A stretch of 64,000 nucleotides of DNA from Botryllus schlosseri (Eukaryota), in the NCBI GenBank assembly GCA_051294905.1, contig CM119372.1, positions 6,450,001 through 6,514,000 of the forward strand, read 5' to 3'. A program made the translations under genes and the position numbers. Below, piece after piece: positions 61,472-64,000 of the stretch. The notes under the pieces were generated by a model. That model saw only the letters and a list, made by a program, of their open reading frames with translations, had not been told where the DNA came from and did not search any database. The number at the start of each line of letters is the position of its first letter. Position 1 is the first letter of the stretch.

Positions 61472-64000
61472 GTGATCAGTAACGAAGTACTTCTACTTTT
61501 CCAGGCACTCATGCAAGTTGTTTTTCTCTACTTGCAGTACTTACTCAACTAAATCCAATCTTGTGCTACTTCTACTTCGTCATATTTTGTGACTTACTGA
61601 CGTTTCGCTATTTACAATTTTCCAAGTATTATGCTTTTCCAATATGAGAAAGAGAGAAACACAAGGACGGAGAAATCAGGTGCTGTTTTCGCGGAAGTAT
61701 AAAATTTTCATCATGCTTCGCGTGAAATTGATATGGACTGACCAACATGCCTTGTTCAGTATAATTTATGTAGCGGCTGCGTTTCAAGTGCACAATTTCA
61801 GGTCACATATTCGCCAATACAAAAGTTTCATCACAGCAAAATGTTCAGAATTACTCGATCCACCATATTTTCAGTTGCCTTTTTGCCAACTGCAAAAAGC
61901 GTTATTGTGGTATCAGATACAACTTATCCTTATCACTCATAGTAACTAGTGGCCTTGTAATACAAAGGATGGCGCCATACCGTCACATTTTCTGAAGAGG
62001 GGCACTTGGGTGAAAAAGGTATAAGCTAGCTATCATTGTATCACATTATGCGCTCGAATCCTAATGCTGCTGAAAATATGTAGCTCAGACTGCATGGAAT
62101 GTAGTCATTTAGCAACAAAAACTCAGCTCTCACGTATTTATGACTGCTTTTCAAAACCACTTGCTTACTTGAACAGTTTTCAAATACAGCAAATTATACT
62201 TATACTTTAATTAGTTTGGGGCTGCTTCGGAAAACACTACGTCTACTCGTACTTGAGTAAAATATTGCGTCGATATTAGTCGAGTAGCTTACTCGACTAC
62301 TTTGACCACCTCTGATTACAAGATATGGAGGAAGGCCTGTTTTTGATTGAGTTGAAGTCACTGCTACGACCCTACCACAGATCTAATCTGATAGGGCTGG
62401 GGTGGGCAGACCTGCTTCATGTGCGAGCCGCATATCAAAATCCAGAGTTATGAAAAAGCCACAACATAAAAGTTTAAGGAAGATTTCCGCTCTGTAATAT
62501 TGGCAAATATTTACAGATAAGGCACATTGGCGTACCACCATTATCACTGCATGCAGACTATCCCTCCCATTCTGTCATAAAAGTTCTATTTTCCTGTTCA
62601 TACATTCTTTTCTTGCAATTATCGCTCAACAATATTTTCTTGGCCAAACTCTGCAGTTATTGCTAGTTAGCCTTTACAATACAAATGGAAGAGCCCTATT
62701 CACCAATTTAGCCAAGGAATGATCGTGTGTGTGTGCTACTGTGATTAATTATCAAGTTCATTGTAGATCAAAATGATTTATCATCGGTTGAGAACCATGC
62801 ACCATTACTGTGGGTGAAACGAAGTGAACTCGATTCGAGTTCTAACTCTCTAGTGCCCCTCCTCCTAAATTTGTTACGTAAACGATAAGAAAAGAAATAA
62901 CACGATAGCAATACGCATATAGCCCACTCCTGTGATAAAGGAATGTTTACGATTACGAGCATCGTAATACTACGAAGGCTCTCAAACACGAAATCCCGCG
63001 AACAGCATACTCTCGTTAATTTGTGACGTGTTGCAACATCCCTGTGTTTCTAGATTAGGTTTACCACATTTTTGTGGATCAAATTCCGGACACTCTTTAG
63101 CGCCCATTAGCAGATTTTACAATGAGGTATGAACACATTGTCAGTTAATATGACGTTACAATAGCAAAGATTCGCCTGTCGACTGTATACAGGAGTGGAG
63201 TGAAATATAGGTTTTGAATTGAGTCTTCTCTAGTGTGAGCTCTGGTGATTGCCTGATGGGTCTGCAACAGGTTTCTTCACGGGCCGGATGAAATCATCTG
63301 GTGAACCTTATCCGATCCGCCGGTTGAATGTCTGACAGCCTTGCTATACTGTTAATTCGGCGCGGTTATCTGGTTGCGTGTTGTAACCAAGTCCGAAAAA
63401 ACATTTTTTCAGCCCTCTCCCGCCAATAAAAGCACTATTATTGGGCCCACCGTGGGGTAATCTATACAACATCTTGCGAACATACTATATGCATCTGCTT
63501 GATAAAATTGGTGAAAGAATTCTGTCAACAGTATTGATTCTTCCATATATTACTACAAAATACACCATAGATTGCACATCCGGTGGTTTTCAACCTCTTA
63601 GCCCCGTGAGCTCATTTCCAATTTTAAAATGTTTCGCAGTCCAACTCAAAAAAATGATAGGCTGATTAATAAAAATTAATGAAACAAAAGTCAGCTTGCC
63701 CAGACTTACTTACGGCCTATTTTGGAAGCTGATAACGTCCAACATCTTCGTGATCCCCAGAATAAAAGCAAACGACTCCCAGGTTTGACTAAACTAAAGC
63801 ATCCAAACGGCCTTAACCAACGCTAGGAAAATACCGTTATCTTATAATTGTGATTACTATTATTTCACTAAATGATGGTTATTTTTATTTGTTGTTGATT
63901 GCAATTTTTGCGAGGGCGGTACGTGGTCCCCATATTAATATCAATATACGTTATAATAAATCGCGCGCAACACGAAGATAATTTTAAATAGCATAAATTG

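Larger units (their letters stand above)
59961..62314. mobile_element. Outer hAT-type element of a triple nest
   Basis: TIR CAGAGGTGATCA / TGACCACCTCTG, degenerate TSD GTTACTAG/ATTACAAG, TACT-rich subterminal repeats. Confidence 0.75.

Overview
Eukaryotic (metazoan) genomic DNA rich in introns and transposons. Short 57-70 nt introns, the gene content and the repeat landscape suggest an invertebrate chordate such as an ascidian, but that is inference only. Main content: (1) a ~44 kb, + strand, ~32-exon class I cytokine receptor gene (4263-47915), assembled by hand with consistent splice phases, of ~1240 aa: signal peptide, CHR1, Ig, CHR2, three FN3, TM, Box1-like motif and a putative YxxQ tail, i.e. 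LIFR/LEPR/OSMR-type architecture; (2) two tandem 4-exon nucleoside hydrolase genes on the - strand (54164-55728, 57437-58636); (3) a very young non-autonomous Copia LTR element (51470-54135) in the 3' UTR of one hydrolase; (4) many non-autonomous hAT elements with 8-bp TSDs (including a triple nest), a foldback element with a 7-bp TSD, a tRNA-derived SINE family and a LINE 3' remnant. Most unusual signals: an integrated cDNA copy of a mature, modified tRNA-Leu (CCA present, I34 read as G, m1G37 read as T) beside an LTR-like segment; parallel exon-encoded insertions in both cytokine-binding modules; and a Copia element lacking integrase and catalytic RT that still has an open 673-codon frame and identical LTRs. 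All alignments and translations were done by eye.
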